A DNA stretch of 64,000 bases from Klebsormidium nitens (GCA_000708835.1 DF236976.1:248001-312000); one strand, 5' to 3'. Positions 45,911-60,319 are shown, numbered from the stretch's first letter. Numbers and translations are program-made. Notes: generated by a model not told the origin, from the letters alone.

Positions 45911-48807
45911 TCATCCTGGTCTTCTCTCAGCCCGTCTGGTGTGAGCTTGATGAACATTGTTTATCGCTTCTCTCATTGACGACAGCGCTTCCGAGTATCT
46001 CGTACAGGAGGCCAATGCAGCGGGTACGCTCCGCAGGTGCTCCTGAACACAAGATCCGAACCTAGTTGGTTTCAGAAGTGCTGATCGTGTAAAATCAAGA
46101 TCATGGGAACGACGAAATTAAGATCCGAACCTAGTTGGTTCAAATGTGCTGATCGTGTGACATCAAGATCATAGAAACGACGTAGGTTCCGAACGTAGTT
46201 GGTTTTAAACGTGTTGACCTTGTGGAATCAAGATCATGGAAAAGACGAAATGAAAAAGCGTCCAGCGCTCCGTCCGATTTTGCTTTCTCACGCACGCCCC
46301 GAGGACATGATCCAAGGTTGCATCGCACTGGCACTTCAAGTACAAGGAGCACAGCTGAAGATGGAAATTGAAGAAACGTAGTTGTAGTCTATGCCATGGC
46401 AAAGAAGAGCTAGCGCAAAGTAGCAAATGCGCTGAATGAGGTGCAGACCCAGCCCTTTGGAGACGAAGGCTCGCCAAAATGATCTTCGGCGGGTGTATGA
46501 TTTGTTTCCACACTAATTGAAGTGGTTACAGAAGGCTTGTTTGAGCCTCTTTAAGAAGGCATGTTTCAACCACTTTCTATGGAGACGAATTTAATTTGGA
46601 CAAGTAAGCATCGAATGGAAGTTTTTCACCAAAGCGATAGACGCGAATTGACTCGTCTTGTCTGACCCATACTTTGATCGGGGCTGAACTGAAGTGAAAC
46701 GTAATTGAGTAGACAACCTCTATTTGCTCGTGAAGAAAAGGGAAAGGGCGAAAGCCTTTCTAATTAGTCTGAGTAGAAAAGGCAAGGTCTTGACCGAAAG
46801 ACTGCAATCGCTTACAGCAAGCCATATCAATCCTGGCAAAACTTGCCCAGATTTGCACCAAGCTTTGCACAAGTAAAGTAATGGCCCCGTTCAAGGGCTG
46901 TGAATTGAGAGGGACAAACAACTGTCTCGAAACTGAATTCGGATGAGTCGTTCAGGAGTGAAAAGGCCCGCAGACTCGTGAGGCAAGCGCGAAAGGCCTA
47001 GAGAGGTACCTGCCACGTGTCAGGCTCCGCATTAAAGGCCTGCATCCATCGGACGTCCTCAGCTGCGCTTTGCAGGGCTGCGCAGTCCGAGGCAGCTTGC
47101 TGGAGCAGTGCTTGAAAGTCAGCCTGCGGACATAACAAGAGTCGAAGTCAGTCGGGTTACATAATCCATCAGGTTAGCCGGTCTTTAAACGGTGGTATCG
47201 AAGTTGACTTTGCTTCGAAGCGTATGGTGGTGAACATCTTAAATAGCTGCAGTCACATGGTCTATCTAGAATTGGGCTACGGGTTTGAAAAACTTCGATG
47301 ATGCTCAAGAACTGTCTTAGCAAGGATCTTCGTTCAGACTGATTTCAGTTTGCGGTTCCATGTGGATCCCTAATCTGTTCTAAGCATTCAGCAGTGTCAG
47401 GGACTCTGCTGAATCCCTGAAACTGCCATCCAGCAGAGTGCTCACAATTGAGTCGTGCACAGAGGCTGACCTGGAAGGCAGTCTCCACTGGGACGCTGTC
47501 CACTGAGTAGGGCTGCTGGAGCTTGGCAACAAGGCGGTCCTGCACAGTATGTGGCTTACGGTGTCAATTTCGAATTGCAAACATTAACTTCTGATCCGAA
47601 CAAACATGATGATTCACAGTTAAGAAAGATCCTTATAGGCGACAAGCATATCAAACCACTAATGCTCTGGCTTTGAGCACGAAAAGCGAAGTGGTCTTGG
47701 GAAGCAGAACCAAGTAGCTCCTTTTCGTTTTGACTTCCTGAAAGTTGCGTGTTCAGGGGCACCAAATTCGTCCAAAAGGCACACTTGTTCTGCAAAAGCA
47801 TCTGTGCTTACATGAAGCTTGATTAGCCCTTTTTCGCTTGCCCTCTACCTTGACTCCAATTGGAAGGGCAGGAACTATGTTACTTACCTTGTTCTGGATA
47901 ATGCTTTGCAGAGCATCTGTGGCCTCTTTCAGGGCATCTGCTTTCATTTGGAGCTCTGACAAGTGGGTCAGATGCGCTGTCTCTGCTTCTAGCTGCATAC
48001 AGTTATAACTTTGTTATCAGATTATCCCGGATCGAACTGAGAGTCTGATCTCTAATTTGACTGATCGCATGTCCTTCCACAATTTCGGCAGCTCTGAGGA
48101 TTTATACCCGCCCAAAGAAGATCACAGGCCACAAGAAGCAAACGGAACACTGTCATTGTTGACAAAACATGCTACGCCACAATCAAGAAACATCTGACTC
48201 AGGAAGTGAAGCAACGAAGCAAGTGCTTTGAATGAAGCACCAGAACTTTGCAGTTACCTGGCGCGTTTTGACCTCCACATCCAACTTCACAAGCGTCCTC
48301 TGTATGTCTGATATCTCCTTCAGAAGGCGTATGAAGGGCTGGCTGAATTGGCACTCGTTGGGCTGACCCTCTTCCTTGCCCTCGACCTGTTCAATGTGCA
48401 AAGATTCACTAAGCCAATCTATTCGATTACAAGGGGCCCTGGCCCTTTGAAATAGCAGAAGCCTTCAGCTTGATGTTTTGCTGGGTCAATGAGGGACTGA
48501 TTCCCAAACACACAGAGCAGAATAGGAACTTAGTTTCATTGAGACTTCCTGCAGCAAAAGCACGTGCTGCTTTGCATCTACTATGTGGTTCAATCAGGGC
48601 ACGGATCATCAGCAATGATTCTCACAGCCAAAGCTCATCACAAAATAGTACTAGATTGCACGTTACGCTGGATTCTCTAACTGCAGGTTGGCTTTTGTTG
48701 AAGAGGCTCACTTGAGGCTCCAGACCCAAACTGGAGGCTGTTGCCAGGATGTCGGCCATGCCTCCCAGCCGCTTAGCTGCCCTCACAGGGGGCAGCTGTG
48801 ATGTCAT
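45911..48807 (-). CDS. AUG2: HAUS/augmin complex subunit 2, six exons
   Basis: AKRLGGMADILATASSLG, LLKEISDIQRTL, AHLTHLSELQMK..IIQNK|DRLVAKLQQPYSVDSVPVETAFQ|ADFQALL..AASD..|..VPAALASCTRYSEALSSMRE..*, matching plant AUG2. Confidence 0.92.
46051..46252. repeat. Three-unit 64-69-bp tandem repeat abutting the last AUG2 splice acceptor
   Basis: Units at 46051, 46120 and 46184 share ccgaac(c/g)tagttggtt...atcaagatcat..aa.gacg. Confidence 0.88.
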
Positions 48808-49516
48808 GTTGGAAGGAACTCTGGTGAACCAGGTACAGTGCAAGACGTTATACTTAGTATGATCACGACCGGCTTTCCAGAGGCCGCAGCATCATTTTCA
48901 CTTGCATACACTTGAAAAGCTGCTCATCATTTTGCCTATCTCATTCCTGCTGGTGTGCGCAGATAATCAACATCGGTCATAGATTCTTAATATCGATCCT
49001 AAACCCTTCTCTGCATAAGCATCCAGAGAGCGCTCCTTTCGCAGAAGCCCTTTCAACGATAGCCGTTGAAGGGACGATGTCTTCTGCTTTGATTGTGGGC
49101 CTGCTGTACATAGCATTGATCAGGATCCTTCTCCACAGAACCAGCTTCGAGAATATTTACAGATTTAGTTTCTGTATCCCTTTCGAATAGGTAGCTCCAA
49201 GTTTTTGACGGGCAGGCCAGCGACAGCTGAACCGCCACCCGTTCTTCGAGCATCAGCCAGCTCGAACTGACACTTTAAAAATGCAAAGGCTTTCGTAGAA
49301 GACGCCTATCAAGAGCGAGTGTTCGAGCACTTGGCGGCGTCGGGACAGTGCCGGTTTCCCAGCCAATCAGGGCCATTCAGCGGGATTTTCAGTGGGGAAA
49401 ATCAATTGACAGTGATGGCTCATTCTCCCTGGTTCTTTCCATGCAAACTGCCAGTGGTGCAGAGAGGATATCCAATTGCAGGATAGCAAGCTGGCGTGAG
49501 CGAGTCCAAAAATGCA

Positions 49517-51557
49517 ATGGACGCCTTCCTGCTTTCGCAAAGCGGCTACTGCCAGCTTTCCGGGGTCCCCACTAGGGGGAAGACCAGAAGACATTCACCT
49601 GACAGGATACGCATTGCCCCTCAGGGAGCGACGAGTCCGGTGCCAACAACATGTGCAGCCTGTCAAAAGGTGGAAAATGCTTTTACTCAAACTCTCCATC
49701 CAGCAAAACAATTGCGAGTCAAGAAGAAGCTGAGCCACTGGGTCAACCAACCATGCAGTATAGCTGCAATGGCAGCTGCAAAAGCTGGTTCAGAGTCGTC
49801 CGCTGATAAGGAATGCCTAGCGACACAAAATGTGACGCGCCGGCAGGGTCTAGCCAGGGTGGCAGCACTAACGCTCTTGAGCGCCCTTGCTGATGTCAGC
49901 AAGTGTTCAAAAGCCAGGGCTGACACGCCCTACTCGCAAACACAAGGCAAGCAGACGGTTGTGGGGCTGCTTAAAGGGTGAGTGTTTCTCATCTTGCTGT
50001 GTGCAATTCTTTGAGGATACAGATACATTCAGCAGTTCTGCTGCATATTCATTGTTTCGAGTCGAATTGTTCTTGAAGTATGGGGGCTATTACTACTATG
50101 GATTGTGCCCCAAGCTCAATCTTCAGTGCCCACTTTCCTCCTTCACTGTAATGCGAAGAGAACAATCTCATTCAGTGCCAATCCATAGCTGTGTGCCACA
50201 TTTCAGTATTACAATGTTGAGACGATCTCCTCGATCTCGCCCCAGGTTGGTTCTTGGAACCATCACCACCCAGAAATGTAAGATGACTGAATCAATCTCA
50301 ATTGGATTGAAAAGCTAGTACTTTGATCGGTTCGACATGCGTAATCTGCCTCAAAGTAGGACATCTACACACGGTGAGCGGCTTGGTTAAAGATGGATGA
50401 TTTCTCCGTCGCCATTTGATTTGGTTCTTGGAACTCAAAATCTGGTCAATGCATTAAAACGTCACCCTAAAACAAGGAACGACCACTCACCGTCAAACCC
50501 TCTAGACTAATAACACCACTTACCATGTGCATGATCAGCCGCTCTTTTTAAGCAAAAGCCTTGATAGGCAGCTGGAACGTGTCTATTCCCAGGCGATTGC
50601 GCGCCTGCCCCTCCGACTACAACCCAAACTGCGTTTCCAGCGCCTCAAACAACGCCTCATACATGAGCCCTTGGGAGCTCCCCGAGCGGTTGCAAGGCCA
50701 AAGCAGCAAAGCGGCACAGGTGACTACAAACGCTGCCCTTTTTACCATTTGCAAACAGCTGGTGTGTTGTTCAAGTGATTCGAGGTTGTGAAAGTGAGAC
50801 ATTCGGAACGGTGGAAGGCTGTTCTGATTGATTGGGAGCAGTAAGCTGGGTAGTTTTGATTCGTCTACTTGAAACATTGTTATCCGGCGAGCAACTGAAA
50901 GGGCTGGCACGAGTCCTTTGACTTGGACAAGAAACCTTGTTTTGGAACCACTGAATCTCTGAAACCTTGTGCAATGACGTAGGCCATCGAAACGGCGGTG
51001 TTAGCAACCCAGAAGAATGCCACCATCCTGAAGTCGGAACCGATCGACGACAGTGAGTCCCATCATACGCGCTCCACGGTGCAGCAACCATTTTGCCGTG
51101 TCAGCAACTATAGATACTTGATGCGAACAGATATCTTTGCTTCGAAGCCTCAAAGGCTGCGTTTCGTCTTTACGGCCTCTGCTTTCCTGGCCCCGAAGTT
51201 AGTTTGTTGGATGCTGAGCCGTTTGGCGGACAAAGCCCTGACGTCTGAATGAGGGCAGCGTGGCACCCGGTGACTTGACTTATCATCACTCGCTCCTCCT
51301 TTTGGAACCGACGTCCTTCCATTGCAGAGCACTACGTGTTGGCCGAGGTAGACGGACGGTTTGGCAGGGACCTGATAGAGTTCCTGGTCAAAAGGGACGT
51401 CGTCACGTATCGTTCCATTGCCGAAAAAGTAATCTTCGTCTACCCTTTCACGACCCCAATAAGTGACCTGGACGCCCAGAGAAAGCGTATGGAGCAGCTC
51501 CGGCAGGAGATAGGGTGGAGACTTGTGGGTTGCGAGCTGATAGAATGCTACCAATAA
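49517..51557 (+). CDS. Thylakoid lumenal 17.9-kDa protein (DUF1499-like), multi-exon, with bipartite transit peptide
   Basis: TRR..AALTLL..ARA|DTPYSQTQ (TAT-type RR motif and AxA), CPSDYNPNCVSS, ATQKNATI, GRDLIEFLVKRDVVTYRSIAEKVIFVYPFTTPISD..QRKRMEQLRQEIGW. Start ATG inferred. Confidence 0.85.
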
Positions 51558-52652
51558 AATGCGAGCCCGCAGTAGTCGAGGGCCATACGTGGTCGTTTGT
51601 CATGTTGGGTTCGTGACGTGGAATGAGTAAGGTGTTTCGTTCTGCACCATCAACATTACATATGACCAATTCTCCGTGAAAAACACCATGCAAGGCCATC
51701 TTGCTCCATACGTCCGTTATACCTCGTATCTTCAAAGATCAGGCGTCTTCGTAAATCTCTCCAATACAAACATTATCTTTGGTTCGAAGTAAGTTCTGGC
51801 TTAAGCAGCCGGTACCATTGCTTGCCACTAGACATGTGATCGAATACATGGCTCGTCACTTGCCAAAAATAGCTTTGCCGCGCCAGACTCACTTGAGGAT
51901 TGCGGTCATGGTCTGTAGATAGCTACCTGATAACCCACCAGTGCATGTGTCTCCCGAGCCACTTATAAAAGCAAGCTGGATGTATGCGCTATATATAATC
52001 GACGAACGCGCGGGGCGCTCATAGCACTTTCCGACCGTCCTGCATCTTTGAGACCGACTGTACACTTGCTTGCGAGTTCCTTACAAGTTAGGCCCACCTT
52101 GCGGCCTATACGCAGCTGCATTCCGTCCAGAGTCCCAAATTTTGGAAGGATCGTGAACTTTAGCGATCGAGGTCGGAGGGTTTCCAATTGCACATCCATG
52201 TCAATCTGCATGCATGCGACCGCGTCCCAGTCCCAGTGGGCCCAACCAATAAATTTTTTTCAATGCTTAGAAGCTTAAGAGTGCGTTGTTTCTGCGCGCT
52301 ATCTATATAGGCCGTGTGCCGCCGACTGCAAAACTTCATACATTCCAAGAAACTCTTTCGACTTCGTTCAGTTATTCGCATCCGTCCCCTTGTAACAAAG
52401 CTGATTTCACCCGCGCTTGTATGCCAGTTAGTAAAAACCTTTTTCTTCACTCAATGCATCGAACGGTTCAGCGGCATCGTGGGGGCATCGTCCGCGAGGC
52501 CAAACTGTAAGAAGCCCAACACAAAGCGGCAAGCGGCAACCGTGCGCGGGAAATCTTCATCTTGCGCTCGCGTTTTGTACATCCTACCCCGTCAGTTCCA
52601 ACAAAATCAGGAACATGCGCTAGACGCCTTTGCTGACGATCTGGGAGCCCCG

Positions 52653-55400
52653 CTAACAACCTGCTTCCCTCGCTACCTCTTCCCTTGTTCCAAAGCACAT
52701 GTCCCAAGAATCCTTGTACAGGTCAATCATTCCGCCGTCGGTCACTATGCCTTGACCCGTGATGAAGCACGAGTCAGGGCTGGCCAGAAAGACTGCCAAG
52801 TTTGCGATGTCATCAGGCGTAATATGACGGCCCCCGAAGCCCATTCCTCGGTCTACGAGGAATTGTCTGCGGCAGAAACAAAGTTGTCTTCGTGACTCGT
52901 GTTAATGTATACTGGGAGCCTTCGTCCAACGACCCTCTTGCAAGAAGTGAACATTGTACGCAAAGCGAGAGGCTTGCTTTCATTGAATTCTTGAAAGAAG
53001 CTGGTAGGAGTCTAATTTGATCTCTTGCTGCCGAAAGCGTGCTACTTCGAAACTCATTCGTCAGCAAGTCTCTCAAAGGGGTTCTCTCCCTTAGACTTGT
53101 ATACGAACGCCTCTTTATGGCGGCCATTGGTCTGACGTATACATTGGAAGACAAAGTACAGAGATATTTTGGATGCTCGATAACATGCGAAGATCAAATT
53201 AGCCCGATCATTCGAGGAAGCTATTTTGGTTTACTTGCTGAACCGCTCGTCTGCTTTCTTGGAGGCAAGGCAAAATTCTAAGCATCATAAACGACCAGAT
53301 AAAAGGAAAGACAGAGCGTGGATTGGTATTCGGTCGCAAACAGCACGGCTTCAACCGGTTCACTCACCCGACCTGCTCATCCGTTTTATTGGCGTGCGTC
53401 TCCGGCCGGAGGGAGCGCGTGAGCGGGGTGACCACCGCCCCGGGCAGGATGCAGTTGACCCGGACGTTGTGCGCGCGCAGCTCGCGCGCGGTGCTCTGTG
53501 TGAGCCCCACCACGCCCGCCTTGGCGGCCGCGTAACTGCCGACGAAAGTCTTGATCACAGATTCTAAAGCGCGAGCAGTAAGGATGTGAGTAAGAGCATG
53601 TAAGCAGTAACATGCGCTATCTTTCAGGTCAAAATTCTTCAGACGCAGCACGTTCCTGCGATCAGTCTCTGAGCCGATCAACCGTTCCTCTCAAGTATTT
53701 GGATTGACCAGTGAACCGTCATCCGATCGCTGTTTTGAGTGATATAACAAATTTAAAAAAGTTCTCTGCCTAAAGCTTCTGTGCAAGTATCTTGAGGGAG
53801 TACGCTTATATAGACATCCGGATTATAAAAACCTCTCTGGCCTTTGGGTGCGCACTTCCCTTCAGAATAGACACACGATAGCTGCCTGCGAGTTAAAGAG
53901 AGATTAGAACAGATCGATGGACAGGGACCGAAGGTAGTCGCAACAGACGACAATACAGCCCTGCCGCGATGCCCTCTCTGAAGTGACGTGCATTTTCACA
54001 ACGTCCGTTCAAGCAACAAGCCCAATCGCCCGGGGCTTCTCACCCGTGCGGTCCCCGTCCCCCTGTCACCGCGACCACGCTTGCCGTGTTCAGAATGCAC
54101 CCGGTTCCGCGCTCTTTCATCACCCGGGCTGCGTGCTTGATACCCAGGAACACAGAGCGCAGGTTGACGCCTAGACTGGCGTCAAAGTCCTCGGCACGTG
54201 CCTGGTCAATCGGGCCCCGCTCCCCGATGACGCCAGCATTGTTGAACATGACGTCGAGCCGTCCGTGGCGCGCGATCGCAGCGTCGACCGCGGCCGCGAC
54301 GTCGGCCTCCTTGGTGACGTCACACCTGCGGGGCAGAGCACGGCACCTGATTGCAAGCGCTGAAAACAGATTGATGAAGTTTATGTTGGACGAGTTGTTG
54401 TTAAACTTTATTGAGGTTCAAGGATTGAGTGGTAACAAACGGCGAGGGATGCCAGACTTGCTTTGAGTCCCATAGCGCTCCTCTTCTTAGGCGCTTCGCA
54501 TGCTCCTCTGGTTTGAAAACAAAGACCGTGACGACTGCCCTGTTCCAAAACATACCATACGCGAAAGGTTTCAGAAATGCGCAAATACAACGCGAGCAGA
54601 CGCAAGCCTACCAGATCGGTCGTCTTCACAAGGAGTGACGATTTGGATCGACACGGAGACCAGCAGCCAATCAGACCCGGAATATGTTCATCAGCACAGT
54701 TCACAGTCCCTGATAGAGCTGGGCGATAGCCGCACCTAACGAAAGTAACCGCCGGTCCCAGCTCCTTCGCAACCGCTTCCCCCAGCTCCACCTGCCGATC
54801 CGCGATGATAACCTGGCACGCGCAACAAAGAGGGGGCCTTGCCGCGTCAGCACATCGAATCATATAATCTTTGCAGGTACCGAACAATGGATCTTGATTT
54901 TCAAAAATGACTGTTTTGACGAATGCTATCGCCTTCAGATTGGTCTATCCATAGAAAACTACCATCCAAAAGGAAAAACACCCGTAATGAACCAAGAAAT
55001 TAAGACGGATTCTATGGATAAATTAGAGACCACAGCTGACGCCCTGCCTTGGAAACTTCTTTAAGCAGGCAGGTCGTCTCTGAGGTGCACCGTCTATACA
55101 TACTTCGACGGAAGCTTGATGTAAATTGCAGATTACTTCCTCATTGCCTGCCTTTCTGAGACATGACCCGCACGTTTGTGGACTCAGTCCTGCGCTTTTG
55201 ATTCGGCCCGTTGTTTCCATGGCCGGCGGCTTCATCCTGTTGCAAGTTTTGACTTGGTTGCAAGCTCACAAGCCCAGATCTAGATCGAAGCCCACCTCGG
55301 CTCCATGCTCCACAAAGTTTTTGGCGGTACTCCGTTCGATACCGCTGGCGCCGCCTGTGATGACGCAGGCAAGGCCCTTAAGCCTTTGCGGTGTCGTCAT
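52653..55400 (-). CDS. Short-chain dehydrogenase/reductase, SDR110C-like (ABA2/secoisolariciresinol dehydrogenase group), paralog B
   Basis: [13 protein letters not shown] (G to E), [46 protein letters not shown]; five exons joined in frame. Confidence 0.9.
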
Positions 55401-56635
55401 GCCTTCGCCTGTCCGCAATGCTTGGACCCTATGGACTTTTCCTGCTTGTAATCAGAAGATGCCTTCTTGTGCTTTTTGGCCGGTTCTAAGCGACCGGTTT
55501 GCTCTTTTGCCTTTCGCCCCTTTGGGAAAAACCTTCGTCCCTGGCGCAAGGCCAAGGCTCAGTGTCCCCTGGTTTACCAAACCGAAGTGACAGCTGCACG
55601 TACTACAGTAATCCTAGCTTCGAACGAACGAGAGCTAAACCCTCTGATAACAGTACCTCGTAGGTCGATTGTCAGCACTCTGATCTGTGTTCAGAATTCG
55701 TCATGCATGATTCTGACGTTGAAGTGGAAGCGGTCAGAAGCGGTGTCCCAATCGTCCATAAACAGTTGCAAACAGATAAGTTGCCGGGAAATGCATGCAC
55801 GCGTCAAATCAATTCACCTTGAGCAATGTCATGCAGTGACTCTAACCAATGATTGGCGACGCTTAGATAAGCGACATTTGCATGAGACGAGTTGCAAAAG
55901 CAAGATTTCTCCGCATCGAGCAGCTTTGGCAACTTAATTGTTCTTGCAGGGATTGCAAAGACATCACATGTGCCCAGCGGACCCTTCAATCTGCATCGAG
56001 TCAGGCTAGCTGGCCGCCTTCATGCACATGGCTTGAGATTCAAACATACATCGTTCGGCATTAAGTATTACGCGAGACCTAGTTAGGGCCATATGTGCCG
56101 CATGTTGAAAGTTGCCATTGCATCTTCGGTGACAATTGGCACGGTTCAAGGGCTTACATTGTATAGCTGCCATGGTGATCAAAGCCTAAATGTCAAGAAC
56201 TTCGCTCCTCAACTCCAAGCCCTCGCGGGTCGTCAGAATCTTCCGTGGCAATTGTTTAAGCAGTGCGTATGTATCCAGATTGACTGTGCTAGCTAGCTGT
56301 ACGCTTCTCCTACTGTAGCTCCAACTCGTGCCCGTAAGGGTTCCTTTCCCGGCAAAGCGATCTACCGTCTCTGGACAGAACGAGTAGGTCTTCAACAGTA
56401 ACACGTGGTCAGCTTTGATCCAACCGGTGAGCTGTGGACGGGTCTCTCTTCAATTTTAACATCGTATGCAAGCGTTGTCTACACTTCACGGCTCCCGAGC
56501 GGTCTTTCTCAACTCTCAATTTACACCCGACCTTTTTGGTCGGCCAGTATCTGCAAGCTCCTATCGCCCCATCAAAAATCACAGTACTTCTACGCCGCAA
56601 CGAAAACAGTGACTTATTGCGTTGCTGCCCAAAGA

Positions 56636-59600
56636 CTACTTCTCGTCCCCTGTCGGGTGGCCCGTCTTTCCCGCCTCCCTCAAAACCTCCTGCTTCGAGC
56701 CAAACCACAAGTCCAGCGAATCCTTGTAAAGGTCGATGAATCCCCCGTCCACCGTGATTCCCTGCCCGGTGATGAAAAACGAGTCGGGGCTGGCCAGGAA
56801 GACGGCCAGATTGCCGATGTCGTCAGGAGTAATGTAACGGCCCCCAAAGCCCATTGTGCCTACCATTCCCTGGCTGCAATCAGGACGATAAGGCGGAGTT
56901 CGTAGAGAGAACGGCTGGAGTATCGCCATCGCATGTTATGAGTAAGGGATCGAAGACACAATGTCGACAAGCGCTTCGTGTGGTTCAAACCTGGAAGCCT
57001 GCGAAAGTAACTCCTTAGCCGCTCCGGTTTATGCAGGAGCTCCCACCTTTCCAGCACAAGCTACTCACGCACTTCCAGCGAATGGGGAAAGCTCTCGTGC
57101 GAACGCAACATCTTAGCACCTGACCGTCTGTGTGACCGTCCCACAGAAGATAACTGTTTCTTCATTTCGTACAGACACGTAAGCTGCTCCTTCACATTCA
57201 AACGACGTCCCACTTTCGATAGCACCGTCTTCCTTCCAACATATCAAGGCCACATCCTGGCGCAAACAAAGGGAAGCAAGAAACGGTGATAGAATCCCAG
57301 ATTACGTCGTCCAATCTGCCCATCAAACGGTCCGCTCACCCGAGCTGCTCGTCCGTGAGCTTGACGTCCGGGTTCAGGGAGTGGATCAGCGGGGTGACCA
57401 CCCCCCCGGGGAGGATGCAGTTCACGCGGATGCTGTGCGCCTGGAGCTCCGCCGCGGCGTTGCGAGTGAGCCCAACGATGGCCGCCTTGGAGGCAGCGTA
57501 CCTGAGGGGGGTTCGAGAAAAGGGGTCAGATAATTGGGTTTCGCCAGGGCAGATCTGTTGCGTTGGAGAAGTGCGAAGAGAGTGGAGAACAGCTTTCAAG
57601 ATGGGCTGCGAAGAAATTATCATCTGGAAGCTCACAACGTAGTGACAGGTTTTTGAAGTAAATCCTCCCGCGTGAATCCAGCGGGCTCCGGCCCCCGAAA
57701 ATTGCTATTCGAGAGGTCTAATACCAAGACGTCGCTCTAGGCCCCTGTTCTACGAACCGAGATAAGAGTAAAACGGCTTCTCTCATGCTTGGTGTCATTG
57801 TTCGTCCGATGCCGACAAACTCGGCGGAATCAAAAAGAACTCATGAGCTGCGCTTGGCAGGCATCTTCAGCTTGGAGAAAACAAAACCAGAGCCCTGAAG
57901 TAAACGTCTTCTATTTTCGGGTGTGTTCGGCAACCTGCCAGTACATTCCTCATGTCCATCTCCGTCTTCTAGAACTCGAACCTAGGTGTCGGGCGTAATC
58001 GGAAGCTTCGTGCCTGAAGCTTCGTGCCGCGTGCTTCGTGCCTCGTGCCTCGAAGCTTCGTGCCTCAAGCTGGGGAAGCAAAGAATTTCGATCACTCCCA
58101 ATTTTGTCCCGTGGGAATCTGATCTTTCTCCGCGCATCTGAAGGTTCAAACTCATGTCCTTTCACGTTCCTCACCCATGCGGGCCAATGCCCCCGGCAAT
58201 CGCCGCAACGCTCGCCGTACTCAGAATGCAGCCCGTTTTCCGCTCCTTCATCACTCTTGCCGCATGCTTCATCCCCAAAAACACGGACCGCAGGTTGACG
58301 TTCAGCGTGAAGTCGAAGTCCTCCACTTTCGCCTGATCGATCGGACCCCGCTCGCCAACAATTCCTGCATTGTTGTACATGATGTCTAGCTTCCCGTGTT
58401 GCTTGACGGCCGCATCGACGGCGGCGGCGATGTCATCCTCCTTTGTGACGTCACACCTGGGGGTTTTAGAGATTGCTTTTGAGCGGTTAGAACGTTCGCC
58501 GGGCTCGATCGTGGAGTCAGATTGGAGTCAGATTGGTCGGGACTGACGAGAAAAGGGAAGAGCTACAGACTACAGTCAGACGACGATAGGACGGTGCTTC
58601 TGCGTTCTGGATTATATCTGAGAGTGTTCAGAATGTTGTGAGACCGCGAAGAATTTGGCTTCAAATCGCAAGAACCTAATGAATTGGAACCTTTAGCATA
58701 AACCGTTCCGGCGAATTGATTGGTTCAGGCCACAACAATTGACCGGATTGGAAGGGACAGCGATGTTTGGTCTCCCCTGCAGCGCCACACCTACTGGAGG
58801 CTCCAAAAAGTCAAGGACTCATTTTGAGGACACAGCGATAACGTCAGCCTTTTGGGACATACGCCAGAGGGGTTTTCGAGGGCGTTGTAAGGCAATTGAG
58901 GTGCTTGATGCCCTGGACGTTCGAGCTTTTTAAGGGCAGGACTGGGCACCGTCTCTTTGAAAACGTTCAAGGAGAAGTTGTGTAGAAGCAGTGGACTGAA
59001 GTTTTCAAAACCCCGCCGAAGCTGTGGACACAATTCCACATACAGAGACGTGGACCTACCAGATCTGCTCTAGCACCTTGGCACCATCTCAAGCCTGAAG
59101 AGTGTGTGCCGAAAAAGGAGGGAGTTTATGCGAAAGGAAAACACAGCTTAAGCAACCTACATGGACGAAATCCGAGCTAAGGAGGTTCAAATCCACTTGA
59201 GGTGTTGCGAACCAGGTTTGCCCGTGCTTATAAGCGTCGCCACTCCAAAGCAGCCACCGATAGAAGTATCCCACAAACAAGATTGATATCTTCAGGCTTC
59301 AGCTAGCGGAGTGGCCTGGAGACAACGGACACTTACTTGACGAACGACGCTGCGGATCCGAGCTCCTTCACAACAGCCTCCCCAAGCTCTACTTGTCGAT
59401 CAGCAACGATGACCTGGCAGACATGGACCAGTTGAGAATCTATTTTTGCCATGGAGAGACTTGTGTGGGAGATATTTGCAGAAATAGATTCATGAGGTTT
59501 CTCAAATCCATGTGAAGATGACCCAAATCTTTTCAGCTTTCGAAAAGCTGAAAAGAGTATGTTCAGGTCTATTTCTGTAAGAGAGACAAGTGTGTATGAG

Positions 59601-60319
59601 GAGATTATTGAAAAGCAGTGACAGCGACAGATAGAATTGTAATTTGAAATACGAAATTGATATTTTAAATGGAGAAAGCTCTTCACATAGCGAAGGCAGC
59701 CTAAGACACTTGAGCAAAGCATGTGTTGCAAAACATCCTGACACCGTCATCAAGAGGAATTTGAAGCTCAGAAGAAAGAGGCACTTCTGCACAGGCCCTA
59801 GCAGTATATTTCTGGAACAAGCTCTTCAGCCAGAGGAGATTTGCCCAAAGAATTAATAATTAAGCCTATGCATTGAAACTTTTCATTGCACTGACGGGTG
59901 CCTTCCAGTTGCAACTGAACTCATTGTTGAATGGTCACTCCCAAGTACAGCCTTCTGCAGCATCTAAGATCATGGGAGTTGTGCTCGAGCTTCAGACAAT
60001 GGAAGGGGCAAACATATCATATGGGCACAAGGGGATAGTAAGATTTGGGGGGGATCAAATGTTCAGTGACATCTGCGTCCATTGGAACTTGGCGTCTGCA
60101 CCACCCTGAGCTCCGTTGAAAGGCATTCAAAATTTGATTGCGCCAAAGGTCACCATGATTGCACCGAAGGTCACCATAAAAGCGCAAGGCAGATGGCGAG
60201 GTTTTCCTCACCTTGGCCCCATTCTCGACGAACTTTTTGGCGGTGCTCCGCCCAATGCCGCTGGCTGCGCCTGTGATGACGCTGACCAGCCCCTGCAGTC
60301 TTCCTGCGGTGGCCGCCAT
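56636..60319 (-). CDS. Short-chain dehydrogenase/reductase, SDR110C-like, paralog A
   Basis: [60 protein letters not shown]; same intron positions as paralog B. Confidence 0.93.
58002..58070. repeat. Short tandem array of (gaa)gcttcgtgcc(t) in an SDR-A intron
   Basis: gaagcttcgtgcct-gaagcttcgtgcc-gcgtgcttcgtgcct-cgtgcct-cgaagcttcgtgcct. Confidence 0.8.

Noticed and set aside
46051-46252. CRISPR-like array
   Set aside because: Whole units are homologous with no unique spacers, the context is a eukaryotic intron, and there are no cas genes.
59183-59200. B-box-like GGTTCAAATCC as a third tRNA-like element
   Set aside because: T-stem is mismatched and no matching acceptor stem or D-arm was found.
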